From positions 32,001 through 96,000 of the forward strand of contig CAXXLL010000003.1 of the NCBI GenBank assembly GCA_963662545.2: 64,000 bases of DNA. Reading direction: 5' to 3'. The DNA comes from Gammaproteobacteria bacterium. GTDB lineage: Bacteria > Pseudomonadota > Gammaproteobacteria > Ga0077536. Position 1 is the stretch's first letter. Each line of letters opens with the position of its first letter. This document shows, one piece after another, positions 19,346-30,098 of the stretch. The notes beneath the pieces were generated by a model. It saw only the letters and a list, made by a program, of their open reading frames with translations. It made no database searches and was not told the origin of the DNA. A program made the translations under genes and the position numbers.

Positions 19346-22231
19346 ATGGAATTGGAGAATGCCGCCGTACGGACGGAGACCGTTCCGCTGCACTCACAAC
19401 AAGCTAGCGACGCAGCCGTTGCCATCGCAGCGACAGCGCCGGGTGAGTTCAGGGTCATCCGCCGCAACGGCAAGGTCACCGCATTCGACGGCAACAAAAT
19501 AAAGGTCGCGCTGACCAAGGCATTCCTCGCAGTCGAGGGCAGTAACGCCGCAGCGTCCACCCGCATTCACAACCTGGTCGAAGAGTTGGCGCAGCAAATC
19601 GCAGCGGCTGTCACGCGGCGCATGCCGTCGGGTGGAGCGACCCACATCGAGGACATTCAGGATCATGTCGAGTTGGCGCTGATGCGCGCCGGCGAACACA
19701 AAGTCGCGCGTTCTTACGTGCTCTACCGCGAGGATCGGTCGCGCAAACGCAAAGCGCAGCAACGCGAACAAGCACCCGTAATAAAGCAAAATACTATCAA
19801 CGTCAGCCTGCCCGACGGCGCCAAAGTCCCGCTGGACAAAAAGCGGCTGCAACAGGTCGTCGAAGAGGCCTGCTCCGGCATTCAGGGCGCCGATGCCGAC
19901 GCCGTGATCAAGGAGACCATGCGATCGCTGTTCGACGGTGTCGCCGAATCCGACATTCCCAAAGCGGTGACGATGAGCGCGCGGATGTTCATCGAACGCG
20001 AACCGAATTACACCTACGTTGCCGCGCGACTGCTGCTCGATGCGTTGCGCCAGGAAGCCTTGAGTTTCGTCAGCAAGCACAAGGATGAAGCGACCCATCA
20101 CGAAATGGCCGATCGCTATCCGCTTTATTTCGAAGCCTACGTCAAGCGGGCCATTGATCTGGAGCTGATGGATCCGCGCCTGGGTAATTACGATCTCGTA
20201 CGCCTCGGCGAGGCGATCAAACCCGAACGTGATTTCAACTTCAACTACCTTGGCATGCAGACGCTCTACGATCGGTATTTCCTACACAGCCAGGAGACCC
20301 GGTTCGAGCTGCCGCAAGCGTTCTTCATGCGTGTGGCCATGGGTCTGTCGATCAACGAAATCGATCCGGAATCGTGGACCATCGAGTTTTACGACCTGCT
20401 CTCGACTTTTGACTTTATGAGCAGTACGCCAACCCTGTTCAATTCGGGGACTTTACGGCCGCAGCTCTCGTCGTGCTATCTCACCACCGTGCCCGATGAC
20501 CTCAACGGTATTTTCAGCGCGATCCGGGACGACGCACTGCTGTCCAAATTCGCCGGCGGCCTCGGTAACGATTGGACGCCGGTGCGGGGAATGGGAGCCC
20601 ACATCAAGGGAACGAACGGTAAATCGCAAGGGGTCGTACCCTTTCTCAAAGTCGCAAATGATACAGCCGTCGCCGTCAACCAGGGCGGTAAACGAAAGGG
20701 CGCCATGTGCGCGTATCTCGAGACATGGCATATGGATATCGAGGAATTCCTCGAACTGCGAAAGAACACGGGCGACGATCGGCGCCGTACGCACGACATG
20801 AACACCGCGAACTGGGTACCGGATCTGTTCATGAAGCGCGTATGCGAGGACGGTGAATGGACGCTGTTTTCCCCCGATGAAGTACCTGATTTACACGACC
20901 TCTTCGGTGCCGAGTTCGAAAAAAGATATCGGGAGTACGAGGACAAGGCCACACGCGGAGAAATCCGCAATGTAAAACGCCTGAGGGCCGTCGATCTGTG
21001 GCGCAAGATGCTGGGTATGCTCTTCGAGACCGGGCATCCGTGGATAACGTTCAAGGATGCGGCTAACCTCCGCTCGCCCCAGCAGCACACTGGCGTCGTG
21101 CACAGCTCCAACCTGTGTACCGAGATTACCTTGAATACGTCCGCGGGCCATGAAATAGCGGTCTGCAATCTCGGTTCCATCAATCTCGCGCAGCACATGG
21201 ACGACGACGGCCTCAACCTTAAGAAGCTGGAGCACACGGTGACCATCGCCATGCGCATGCTCGACAACGTCATCGACTACAACTACTACAGCGTATCGAC
21301 CGCGAGAGCCTCCAACCTGCGGCACCGTCCGGTGGGCCTGGGCCTCATGGGATTCCAGGACTGCCTGTACAAACTTCGCCTGCCGTATGCATCCGATGAA
21401 GCCGTTAATTTCGCGGATGAATCGATGGAAGCGGTCAGTTATTTCGCGATCAAGGCGTCTACCGATCTGGCGGCCGAGCGCGGCGTTTACCCAAGCTTCG
21501 ACGGCTCGCTGTGGAGCAAGGGCATTCTGCCCATCGATTCTATCAGTCTGCTCGACGAAGGCCGGGGCGGATACCACGACATGAACCGCGATTCGAGCAT
21601 GAATTGGGCGGCGCTGCGCGAGCGCGTTGAACAAACGGGTATGCGCAATTCTAATTGCATGGCGATCGCACCGACAGCGACGATTTCGAACATCTGCGGC
21701 GTTACCCAGTCGATCGAGCCCACTTATCAGAATTTGTTCGTGAAGGCGAATCTCTCGGGCGACTTCACGGTCGTCAATATGTACCTCGTTGATGAATTGA
21801 AGGAACGCCGCTTATGGGATGAGGTCATGGTCAACGACCTCAAGTACTACGACGGTAGCGCGGCGCAGATAGATCGTATTCCCGACGAACTCAAGCAAAT
21901 CTACGCCACTGCTTTCGAGGTCGACCCTCGCTGGCTGGTCGAGGCGGGATCGCGCCGCCAGAAATGGCTGGACCAGGCGCAATCCTTGAATCTGTATATG
22001 TCAGAACCGAATGGCGCGAAGCTCGATAACCTTTACAAGCTGGCATGGGTTCGCGGTCTCAAGACGACCTACTACTTGCGCACCTTGGGCGCGACCCATG
22101 TCGAAAAAAGCACCTTGGCGGACGGCAAGCTCAATGCCGTCGCCGGAATGGTCATTACGGACCCAACGGAAAAGCAAGAAGCTCCGTTAGTGTGCTCGGT
22201 AGTGGATCTGGAATGCGACGCCTGCCAATAG
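19346..22231 (+). CDS. nrdA: ribonucleoside-diphosphate reductase class Ia alpha subunit (two N-terminal ATP-cone-like domains)
   Basis: VIRRNG ATP cone, STPTLFN, LSSCYL, SSNLCTEI, APTATIS, KTTYYLR, C-terminal CxxC. Confidence 0.97.
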   Translation: MELENAAVRTETVPLHSQQASDAAVAIAATAPGEFRVIRRNGKVTAFDGNKIKVALTKAFLAVEGSNAAASTRIHNLVEELAQQIAAAVTRRMPSGGATHIEDIQDHVELALMRAGEHKVARSYVLYREDRSRKRKAQQREQAPVIKQNTINVSLPDGAKVPLDKKRLQQVVEEACSGIQGADADAVIKETMRSLFDGVAESDIPKAVTMSARMFIEREPNYTYVAARLLLDALRQEALSFVSKHKDEATHHEMADRYPLYFEAYVKRAIDLELMDPRLGNYDLVRLGEAIKPERDFNFNYLGMQTLYDRYFLHSQETRFELPQAFFMRVAMGLSINEIDPESWTIEFYDLLSTFDFMSSTPTLFNSGTLRPQLSSCYLTTVPDDLNGIFSAIRDDALLSKFAGGLGNDWTPVRGMGAHIKGTNGKSQGVVPFLKVANDTAVAVNQGGKRKGAMCAYLETWHMDIEEFLELRKNTGDDRRRTHDMNTANWVPDLFMKRVCEDGEWTLFSPDEVPDLHDLFGAEFEKRYREYEDKATRGEIRNVKRLRAVDLWRKMLGMLFETGHPWITFKDAANLRSPQQHTGVVHSSNLCTEITLNTSAGHEIAVCNLGSINLAQHMDDDGLNLKKLEHTVTIAMRMLDNVIDYNYYSVSTARASNLRHRPVGLGLMGFQDCLYKLRLPYASDEAVNFADESMEAVSYFAIKASTDLAAERGVYPSFDGSLWSKGILPIDSISLLDEGRGGYHDMNRDSSMNWAALRERVEQTGMRNSNCMAIAPTATISNICGVTQSIEPTYQNLFVKANLSGDFTVVNMYLVDELKERRLWDEVMVNDLKYYDGSAAQIDRIPDELKQIYATAFEVDPRWLVEAGSRRQKWLDQAQSLNLYMSEPNGAKLDNLYKLAWVRGLKTTYYLRTLGATHVEKSTLADGKLNAVAGMVITDPTEKQEAPLVCSVVDLECDACQ

Positions 22232-22261
22232 GCTCGATTGCGGGATTACAGGGAGAGATTA

Positions 22262-23524
22262 ATGCTAAATTGGGATGATCCGGTTTCGAAATTCAAAAGC
22301 ACAAAAGAAACGCCGGGTGCGAAAGCGATGATGGCCAGCGAGGCGCTGGCCGCAGTCGAGCGGGCTGAGGAACGGGTCGCGAATTCCGTCAAACAGACGC
22401 TGACGGTCTCGCCGGCGCCCGTCATCGATCGTTCGCCCGATACAGGTTCAGATGATAATGAAGGCGAACAGGGCTTAACCGGCCTCGAACAGGTCGCCTT
22501 CGGCGCGCGTCGTCTGGTTGTCGACGACAAGAAGATGATCAACTGCCGGGCGGACTTGAACCAACTCGTACCGTTCAAATACAAGTGGGCCTGGCAAAAA
22601 TACCTGGACGGTTGCGCCAATCATTGGATGCCGCAGGAAATCAACATGAATGCGGACATCAGCCTTTGGAAAGATCCCAATGGGCTGACCGATGACGAAC
22701 GCACCATAGTCAAACGAAATCTCGGCTTCTTTTCAACCGCCGATTCGCTGGTTGCAAACAACCTTGTACTCGCGGTTTATCGGCATATCACGAACCCTGA
22801 ATGCCGGCAGTATCTCCTTCGCCAGGCGTTTGAAGAGGCACTGCATACGCATGCCTACCAGTATTGCATCGAGAGCCTGGGGCTGGACGAAGCAGAAGTT
22901 TTCAACATGTACCGCGAGGTTCCGACAGTCCATGACAAGGCCGCCTGGGCCATGCAGTTTACCGACAGCCTCGGCGATCCACAGTTCGTAACCGGCACGC
23001 CCGAAGCCGATCAACGTTTACTACGCGATCTCATCGCATTCTACGTGGTGTTCGAAGGCATCTTTTTTTACGTCGGCTTCGTGCAGATCCTGTCCATGGG
23101 ACGGCGCAACAAGATGACCGGTGTAGCGGAGCAGTTTCAATACATCTTGCGCGACGAATCCATGCACATGAACTTTGGCATCGACGTAATCAATCAGATC
23201 AAGGTCGAGAATCCGCATATCTGGACCCCATCTTTTCAGGCTCAGATAGTCTCGCTGCTCCGTGAAGCTGTCGATTTGGAAATCGCGTACGCCCACGACA
23301 CCGTGCCGAGAGGCGTCCTGGGCCTCAACGCCGTCATGTTCGAAGACTACTTGCAATTTATAGCCAATCGACGATGCGCTCAAATCGGGCTGCCCGAGCA
23401 ATATCCCGGGGCGACCAATCCATTTCCCTGGATGAGTGAAGTGATCGACCTCAAGAAGGAGAAGAATTTCTTTGAAACTCGGGTAACCGAGTACCAGACC
23501 GGCGGCGCTCTTAGCTGGGACTAA
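22262..23524 (+). CDS. nrdB: ribonucleoside-diphosphate reductase beta subunit
   Basis: [34 protein letters not shown]. Confidence 0.97.
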   Translation: MLNWDDPVSKFKSTKETPGAKAMMASEALAAVERAEERVANSVKQTLTVSPAPVIDRSPDTGSDDNEGEQGLTGLEQVAFGARRLVVDDKKMINCRADLNQLVPFKYKWAWQKYLDGCANHWMPQEINMNADISLWKDPNGLTDDERTIVKRNLGFFSTADSLVANNLVLAVYRHITNPECRQYLLRQAFEEALHTHAYQYCIESLGLDEAEVFNMYREVPTVHDKAAWAMQFTDSLGDPQFVTGTPEADQRLLRDLIAFYVVFEGIFFYVGFVQILSMGRRNKMTGVAEQFQYILRDESMHMNFGIDVINQIKVENPHIWTPSFQAQIVSLLREAVDLEIAYAHDTVPRGVLGLNAVMFEDYLQFIANRRCAQIGLPEQYPGATNPFPWMSEVIDLKKEKNFFETRVTEYQTGGALSWD

Positions 23525-23575
23525 TTGGGCATTAGACCAGACCTCCTCGCATGGGAGCTAAGATGCGCTGCATTA

Positions 23576-23608
23576 GCCGGTGGGGCTAAAATCCCACCGG
23601 CATTTTTT
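23576..23608 (+). terminator. rho-independent terminator after nrdB
   Basis: gccggtggg...cccaccggc hairpin followed by atttttt. Confidence 0.8.
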
Positions 23609-23637
23609 ATCTATCTAATCTTCCCTAGCATTTATTC

Positions 23638-23703
23638 ATTCGCCCGCAAGCGAGGCTCCTAAGGCGCCGCGGTTTCGGATCCCCGGCGCGATAGCGGGCG
23701 AAT
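23638..23703. repeat. degenerate REP doublet (same family as 2390-2472)
   Basis: attcgcccgcaagcgaggctccta ... gcgggcgaat. Confidence 0.65.
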
Positions 23704-23722
23704 ATTTCAGCCCACGTCGTCG

Positions 23723-24358
23723 CTACGTGTCAACGCGGGCACCGAAAAGTTGTCCGCTGCGAACTGCGTCGTTAAATTCGACGTGTTGACACTTCGATAC
23801 GAGCATCGTTGGGAGCGGGTAGCGCGCCAGGAGTCGGGGAAAAAAATCATCTATCAATCCTTGCAGCGACATTTGCACCGCGGTGCCGTTGGTCAGCAGC
23901 GAGGCATCGACGGACTTGACCAGAAGCAAGGCATCGGCCTGTATACGATGAGCAACGTGAAGCGCGATACTGTCCGAAGTCACTTCCCAGGTTTCGGGTA
24001 GGCCGTCGATGGTCATCCCTGGAGGAGGTGTCCAGATCGCCGTATAGCGCTTTCCGGTCCCTCCTGCTATTTCAGCTAAATCTGAACTCAAGCAGGGGGC
24101 CTGCAAAAGCGCCTGCAACACCTGCGCATTCATTCGCATGGCCTCGATCGCAAGCGCATGCGCTACACGGTCATCAAATTCCCATGTCGCTTGGAGCGCC
24201 CTCACCTGATCGGCGAAACCACCCCCTCCCGGCACCATCACGCATCGGACTTCACCGTTTTGTTCGGCGCAGGCGCTCAACCATTGACGCAGGTCCGGCG
24301 CCCGCATCATGGCGCCGCCGAGCTTAACGACCCATGTTTTCGATTTCGGCATCAGCAA
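23723..24358 (-). CDS. amino-acid-kinase family protein, Orf21/MfnE-like (methylofuran biosynthesis)
   Basis: VVKLGG, VPGGGGFAD, WEVTSDSIA, LLLVKS; located in the H4MPT cluster. Confidence 0.8.
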   Translation of the reverse strand: MLMPKSKTWVVKLGGAMMRAPDLRQWLSACAEQNGEVRCVMVPGGGGFADQVRALQATWEFDDRVAHALAIEAMRMNAQVLQALLQAPCLSSDLAEIAGGTGKRYTAIWTPPPGMTIDGLPETWEVTSDSIALHVAHRIQADALLLVKSVDASLLTNGTAVQMSLQGLIDDFFPRLLARYPLPTMLVSKCQHVEFNDAVRSGQLFGARVDT

Positions 24359-25731
24359 AGAGGTTCAACATGGCTGCCGCTTTGTCCAGACTTTCCTGGT
24401 ATTCGCCGTCCAATTCGGAATCGATGACAATACCGCCGCCGGCCCAGCAGTAAAGCTTCTCGCGATGGTGGAGCAACGTTCGAATGGCAATGTTCGTATC
24501 CATTTGCCCATCGTGAGAAACGTACCCGATAGCGCCACAATAGATGCCGCGCCGCGTGGGCTCGAGCTCTTCGATGATCTCCATACGCGCGTAATTTCGG
24601 CGCACCGGTTATCGAGCCCCCAGGGAAGCAGCCGCGTAGAACGTCGAGGGCATGTAAGCCATCTTGCCGCCGCCCGCGTACCGTACTGACCAGGTGATGA
24701 ACCCGAGCGAATGATTCTACCGCGAACAATTCCGGTACTTCGATAGTGCCGAACACGCAGATTGTACCCATATCGTTGCGTAATAAATCGACGATCATCA
24801 GATTTTCGGCGCGATCTTTCGCGCTTTGGGATAACTCGACCGCCAGCCTGCGATCGTCCACAGGATTGCACGATCGCGGTCGTGTCCCCTTGATCGGTTT
24901 CGTTTCGACTTCGTCGCCGGTGACCCGGAGAAACCGTTCCGGCGACGAGCTCAATACCGCGGCACCGGGAATCTTCAAAAAGGCGGCGTAGGGCGCGGCA
25001 TTCAAATTTCTCAATCTCAGATAGGCATCCCACGGGTCGCCTTCGGCCAATGCTGAAAAACGCTGTGCGAAATTAACCTGATAACAATCACCGTCTCGAA
25101 TGTAACGCTTGATCCGCCGGAACGCAGCTGCGTACTGCAAGTAGCTCATGTCACGCCGTACGGACGAGGTGACGATAAAGCGAGTCGAGAACGCGGCCGG
25201 CGTCACGGTACGGGGTATTTCGAGCCGAGCGAGGGCGTCGCGAACCTCAGCTTCTTGGAGACCACGATGGATGAACCAGGCACGGCCTTCGTCGTGGTCG
25301 ACAAGCAGGAATCGATCGTAAATCCCGACGGCCATATCGGGGACCTGGATATCACGGACCGCAGTGGCGGGAAGCCGTTCGATACGCCTCGATAGATCGT
25401 AGCCAAAATATCCGATGGCACCCCCGGTGAAGGGAAGTTCGGGGTGTCGGGTTTCACGGCCCAGTCGGTCCCTCACCAAGCCGAAGGGATCTGCCGCCGA
25501 TTCAGACAAACGGCCGTTCTCGAAGATCCGCGTGACCTCACCCTCAGTGACGAAGGTGGTGACGGGGTCCCACGCGACGATGTCATAGCGTCCCGCCGTG
25601 TCGCAAAAGCGGCAGCTGTCGAGCAGAACAAACCATGGATGTTGAGAAAGACGGTGCACGCGGGCGGCCGTATCGTGCCAGTACGCGACCGGTACTGCGC
25701 GGGGCTCAGAAAGCGTCAATTCGTCATCCAC
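24324..25731 (-). pseudogene. pabB: aminodeoxychorismate synthase component I, frameshifted
   Basis: GDCYQVN, SSPERFL, PIKGT, ENLMIVDLLRND, GGSITGAPKLRA; one extra base at ~24585 moves MEIIEELEP...YCGAIGY...AGGGIV into another frame. Confidence 0.85.
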
Positions 25732-26765
25732 GCCAATTTAGCCACCGCGACGGCCGGCGCGGCGATGGAAACGTCTTCGGCGAGCTCCGAAGCGGCCCCA
25801 ATCAACGCATCGAAGCTCTGGTAGGAAGCGCCGGTCGAGCGCGCAAGCTGCTGCACGAGGAAACGCCCGACGCCTGCGCCGACCATAAGCCGGCTGTGCA
25901 CGCGAGTCGGTTCTCGGCTCACAGCCAAACTGACGGAGTGATCGACCAGATTGCGCTGAGTGCGCGCGATGAACTCGGCGACTTTGACAATCTCCGAAAG
26001 ATCACCTGCCTCGTGGTCCCAACCGAGCATACGCGCAAGCCTCCTCGCACTCGAGATCAGGTCCTTTCCCCGATTATCGGCGGTGTGCATGAGATCATGT
26101 CGATCTTCGATCTGGCCCAGGAGTCGATATACGTCGCTCATGGTGGCAAAGTGCTCGGCTGCCAGGTGTTGCCAATGTCCGCGGAACGGCACGGCGCGGC
26201 AAACGGCGATCACGGGCGTGCGCACCACCCCGGTGTACACGAGTTCTTCACAGGCGAGTCGCGATGCATCGTTCCTCCCTGCGCATTGAACTTCAGCATT
26301 GATGATGGGAATGATGTCGGTGGTCGTACTTCCAACATCGACGAGTACACCATCACCAATGAGTTCAGCGGCAAACGCTCCGAGCGCAAGCCAATTGGCC
26401 GATGCTACCGACAGGGTATACGGCCCGGTAGCTTGTTCCGGACTCAACCATCCGTCGTAGCCGCCATAAATTCGGACCGTGGCGGAAGCATTTATATGTG
26501 GTAGCAGGCGCTCGACGATTTGTTTGACACCGGCCGATCGGTCTGCAAACACATCGCACAACTCGCCAGTCATCGTCACCGCATGAACGGCATCCTCGCC
26601 ATCGATGTCGAAATCCAGCAGGGCCACGGCGCGCGACAACTCGCCCACGCCACGCCAGAGCGGGCACGCGATCTGCCGGACCTTGAGAATGTCGCCGTCG
26701 TCATTGAGCTTCGCGATTTTCAAGTGCGCGCCGCCGACATCCCAACCGAAATATTGCTTACTCAT
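25716..26765 (-). CDS. hydantoinase/oxoprolinase-like Orf9/MfnF-like protein (H4MPT-linked C1 pathway)
   Basis: GWDVGGAHLK, TMTGEL, DVGSTTTDI, LVYTGVVRTP. Confidence 0.85.
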   Translation of the reverse strand: MSKQYFGWDVGGAHLKIAKLNDDGDILKVRQIACPLWRGVGELSRAVALLDFDIDGEDAVHAVTMTGELCDVFADRSAGVKQIVERLLPHINASATVRIYGGYDGWLSPEQATGPYTLSVASANWLALGAFAAELIGDGVLVDVGSTTTDIIPIINAEVQCAGRNDASRLACEELVYTGVVRTPVIAVCRAVPFRGHWQHLAAEHFATMSDVYRLLGQIEDRHDLMHTADNRGKDLISSARRLARMLGWDHEAGDLSEIVKVAEFIARTQRNLVDHSVSLAVSREPTRVHSRLMVGAGVGRFLVQQLARSTGASYQSFDALIGAASELAEDVSIAAPAVAVAKLAWMTN

Positions 26766-26975
26766 CAGAAAGCAGGTGTAGCTCGAGTCAGTTTCGTGGT
26801 ACAGCCGTCCTGGAACCGGCTCCCGGGCCGTTCGAATTGACCGGTTTCATTTCCATTCTAAATAGGTGTTTCGAATGATGCGACACTTCGTTGTCTCCGC
26901 AGGAGGGCTTGATTCGCCCGATGGGGTGCGATATCGCGCTATGATCGCCTCGCCGACAGATTACTCAATGCCCTG

Positions 26976-27674
26976 ATGGAAATCATTCCCGTTATCGATA
27001 TCAAAGGCGGCGTCGTCGTCCATGCGAAGCGCGGTGAACGCACGAATTATGAACCGATATCCACGCGCTTGTCGGTTTCCCCAGAACCCTTGGATGTGGT
27101 CCAGGGTTTCTTGAATTTTCTTCCGTTCGAGAACATTTACATCGCCGACCTCGACGCCATCACCGGCGATTCGCGTAACGACGACATCATCATCGCTATC
27201 GCCACTGCTTATCCCGAACTCAGGATCTGGCTCGATGCGGGATTTTCCAAGATCGACTCGATGGCTGCGTTCATGCGAACGACGAATATCGATTTCGTCT
27301 TCGCCAGTGAATCGATTCCTTCGATGTCGGGGTTCGAAAAAATGCGCGCACTGCTGGCGCCGGAGCGGGTTGTGCTGTCTCTCGATCGTTCGGACGCTGC
27401 TCTGATCGGCTGCCCGGATATCTTCGAGCAACCGGACGCCTGGCCCGAGCGGATTATTCACATGAACTTGAGCCGGGTCGGCACGGAAAGTGGACCCGAC
27501 TGGGACGGCCTCAAACGTCTGCATGAAACCGCCAGCGAGCATAAGATTTACGCCGCGGGCGGCGTACGCGATGAAAACGATCTCCGCCGGCTTGCGGAAC
27601 TAAGCATTAGCGGCGCACTGGTCGCCACCGCGCTGCATAACGGTGGCATCCGAAGTCTGCGCCTCAGCGGATGA
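26976..27674 (+). CDS. HisA/HisF-like TIM-barrel Orf17 (H4MPT cluster)
   Basis: IIPVIDIKGGVVVHA, YIADLDAI, AAGGVR, ALVATALH. Confidence 0.85.
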   Translation: MEIIPVIDIKGGVVVHAKRGERTNYEPISTRLSVSPEPLDVVQGFLNFLPFENIYIADLDAITGDSRNDDIIIAIATAYPELRIWLDAGFSKIDSMAAFMRTTNIDFVFASESIPSMSGFEKMRALLAPERVVLSLDRSDAALIGCPDIFEQPDAWPERIIHMNLSRVGTESGPDWDGLKRLHETASEHKIYAAGGVRDENDLRRLAELSISGALVATALHNGGIRSLRLSG

Positions 27675-27692
27675 TCTAAGTATCGTGCGCAC

Positions 27693-27726
27693 AAAAAAAC
27701 GCCCCGCTAAGCGGGGCGCCATTTTC
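27693..27726 (-). terminator. rho-independent terminator (probably the original fae terminator, possibly bidirectional)
   Basis: cgccccgc-taa-gcggggcg hairpin with a 7-T tail on the minus strand. Confidence 0.75.
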
Positions 27727-27753
27727 GATCGGCGGGTAAGCCCCACCTAGCAA

Positions 27754-29450
27754 GTGTCCGTCCATAAACAGGCATTTTCTTCGATGGGCACGGAGAAATC
27801 GAGGTGTTGAAAGTAGGTTGTTGGAGCGGTAGCGGCGGTTCGGTGGGGGTCGAAGGGCTCTTCGAGCGTAATTGTGAGTACGTTCGCCGGCCGCAGAGCG
27901 TTGCAACCCAAAGTCGCCCGTTCGACGATATCGAGGAGGTCAGTTAGTGCGAGTGAACGTCGCTATTCGAGTTGATAGCGCGCGAGCAGGCTGAGGTTGT
28001 AGGCGACCACAGAAGACCACACGTAGGCTTCGAAGTGCGGCAGGCTCTTCCAGGTGCAACGTGCCAATCCGTATGCACGCTTCAGGCAGGAGATACCGGC
28101 CTCGATGCCGGCGCGGAAGTTGCGCAAGCGTCGATAGACCCACTGACTCTTGACCATGTCGGCGATCGCGAGCCCGCGCTTCTTGTGGAAGGCAACGTCT
28201 TCGATGCCTTCTGCTTTCGCCGCCCGGAGATTGTCGAGGCTCGCATAGCCGCCATCGGCGGCGACCTGTCGTGGCATCGTCCCGTAGTGTGTTCGATGCC
28301 GTTCGAGCATCGGCATGAAGCGCTGACTATCGACCGGATTGCCTCGCTCGATGACCACGTCGAGGATGAGGCCACTGCGCCCCGAAGCCAGATTGATTTT
28401 GTGTCCGTACTGAACGTCGCGCGCACCCTTTATGATGATGTCGGTATGCGGCTCGAACAAGCTCACGCACTTCTCGCTCGCGGGGACCTTCTCACCGCCG
28501 AACACCCGCCGCTCAGTTTGCGAAATCACCTGCAGAACAAGTGTTTCGTAGTGCGCTACCTGCGCTAGCCAGTCCGGCAGTTCAACGCCGGTGACGCCCG
28601 GGCTCAGCAGCTGCTCACGTACCCTCGCTACCGCTTCCAAGGTTGAACGCGTCGCCCCAATCAAATCGCGATACAGACGTTGGCGTTGCTTCGCACCACG
28701 CGCATACCACAGCGCCCGCGCACGCTTCTTCGCCAATCGAGTGTGGTTCACGAAGCACAACTCCGGCGCGCCAGGCAACTCGCGCGCCTGTGCGAGCAGA
28801 CGAACCACAACACGCACGCCATCCCACAGCAGATGACTGTCGCTCGGCGCGTGGATGGCACTGTCCGTTACCGTGCTATCAATCCGTACACGCTGTGCCG
28901 GCTCAATGCGCGTCTCTTTCGCCGTCGCCAGCAGGGCGCGATGAATAGACTCCCACGTCGATACCTGGATCGCCGAGACCACCCGCTGTAAGGCAGACTT
29001 CTTCGGACGTTCATTACCCGGCAACCGGGCGAAGGCTTGAAAGCTCGCCGAGTCCTGCAGGTGAAAGGCCAGCTCCTCGTAACTCAATTGCCGGTGCTGC
29101 TTGAGCACCGCGCAGCGCAGCACCGACTCCGCCGACAGTCCGCGTCGACCGGTGGGCTTCAAACCCCGCCGACACAGATCGTTCATGACCGGCGTGAGGA
29201 CCTTGGGGTGAGCATCGAGCCACTCGGACATGCCCTGCAGCTCTCGCCCCAGGTCATGGTCAGCAAACAGCTCGTATATACTCGCTTGGGCCGTGCGTTT
29301 CTGACGCATTCCCCCTCCTGTGGTGTCGATGATTGTGTGGAAAATCAGAGGTTTGAAGTTCCATTAGATCACGACCCACCGGAGGTTTCGATCCCTTAAG
29401 CGACAAATTTTCCTTTTTATTTCAACCGCATCGCGTTTAGGGATGCACAC
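27754..29450 (-). mobile_element. insertion sequence, ISNCY/IS5-like, copy 2 (1697 bp, inverted relative to copy 1)
   Basis: same ends and length as 12909-14605; at least 2 SNPs seen; flanks tatcta / ttgcta are not a perfect direct repeat. Confidence 0.92.
27963..29309 (-). CDS. DDE transposase (protein identical to 13050-14396)
   Basis: identical 448-aa translation. Confidence 0.93.
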   Translation of the reverse strand: MRQKRTAQASIYELFADHDLGRELQGMSEWLDAHPKVLTPVMNDLCRRGLKPTGRRGLSAESVLRCAVLKQHRQLSYEELAFHLQDSASFQAFARLPGNERPKKSALQRVVSAIQVSTWESIHRALLATAKETRIEPAQRVRIDSTVTDSAIHAPSDSHLLWDGVRVVVRLLAQARELPGAPELCFVNHTRLAKKRARALWYARGAKQRQRLYRDLIGATRSTLEAVARVREQLLSPGVTGVELPDWLAQVAHYETLVLQVISQTERRVFGGEKVPASEKCVSLFEPHTDIIIKGARDVQYGHKINLASGRSGLILDVVIERGNPVDSQRFMPMLERHRTHYGTMPRQVAADGGYASLDNLRAAKAEGIEDVAFHKKRGLAIADMVKSQWVYRRLRNFRAGIEAGISCLKRAYGLARCTWKSLPHFEAYVWSSVVAYNLSLLARYQLE

Positions 29451-29461
29451 TAGATAGATCG

Positions 29462-29974
29462 TCAGCTATGCGCGGCGAAGGGGTGCTCGGCAGATCCTTT
29501 CTGCGCCACGACATCCGATGCCTTGGGCTCACGGGCGATGGCGCGCTGAATCGATTCCTTCACCGCTTGATAGTTGTAGTCCTGGATCTTGGCGTCATCT
29601 TCGGCCAGCCAATGGATGAAGACACCGACACAAATGAAAATATCGTCGGCTTCTGCTGCGGGAATCGTGCCATCCCCGACGCTGTCGGCAACCGCCATGG
29701 CGACGGCGCGCTGAGCCGGGCCAAACATTTGAACCGCCTGCTTCGAACCCTTGATCGTGACCTTGTTGAACATAACCGTATTGGGCTTGGTCATCAGGTT
29801 CGGTGCGACGACGGCGAGCAGGCTATTAAAACCGTCTTTGTGATTCGTCAAACAATTACAGAATGCGGTTTCGACTGCGCTTCCGCGCGGTCCCATGATC
29901 AAATCGATATGGGCTACCTCATTGCCGTCGCCAACCAGCGATTCACCTGTAAGTACTCGATCAACAACTGCCAT
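29462..29974 (-). CDS. fae: formaldehyde-activating enzyme
   Basis: [42 protein letters not shown]-terminus. Confidence 0.97.
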   Translation of the reverse strand: MAVVDRVLTGESLVGDGNEVAHIDLIMGPRGSAVETAFCNCLTNHKDGFNSLLAVVAPNLMTKPNTVMFNKVTIKGSKQAVQMFGPAQRAVAMAVADSVGDGTIPAAEADDIFICVGVFIHWLAEDDAKIQDYNYQAVKESIQRAIAREPKASDVVAQKGSAEHPFAAHS

Positions 29975-30098
29975 GCCTTGTTCTCCTTAGTAGTGCTGCA
30001 GAATCCTCAGGTTGAGTCCCAAAGAGTGCTTTGAAAATGGACATTTCGCCAACACCTCGTCAGCGGTTTGACGCGCCTGTAGCAGGCCCGTTGATACT

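Noticed and set aside
26788-26850. 20-codon minus-strand ORF as a pqqA-like peptide
   Set aside because: It has no E-x-x-x-Y motif and there are no pqq genes nearby.
14606-27753. Segment already inverted between the two IS copies
   Set aside because: Copy 1 keeps its direct repeat, and gene order on both sides (lolD-DUF2062-comEC; orf17-fae) looks native.
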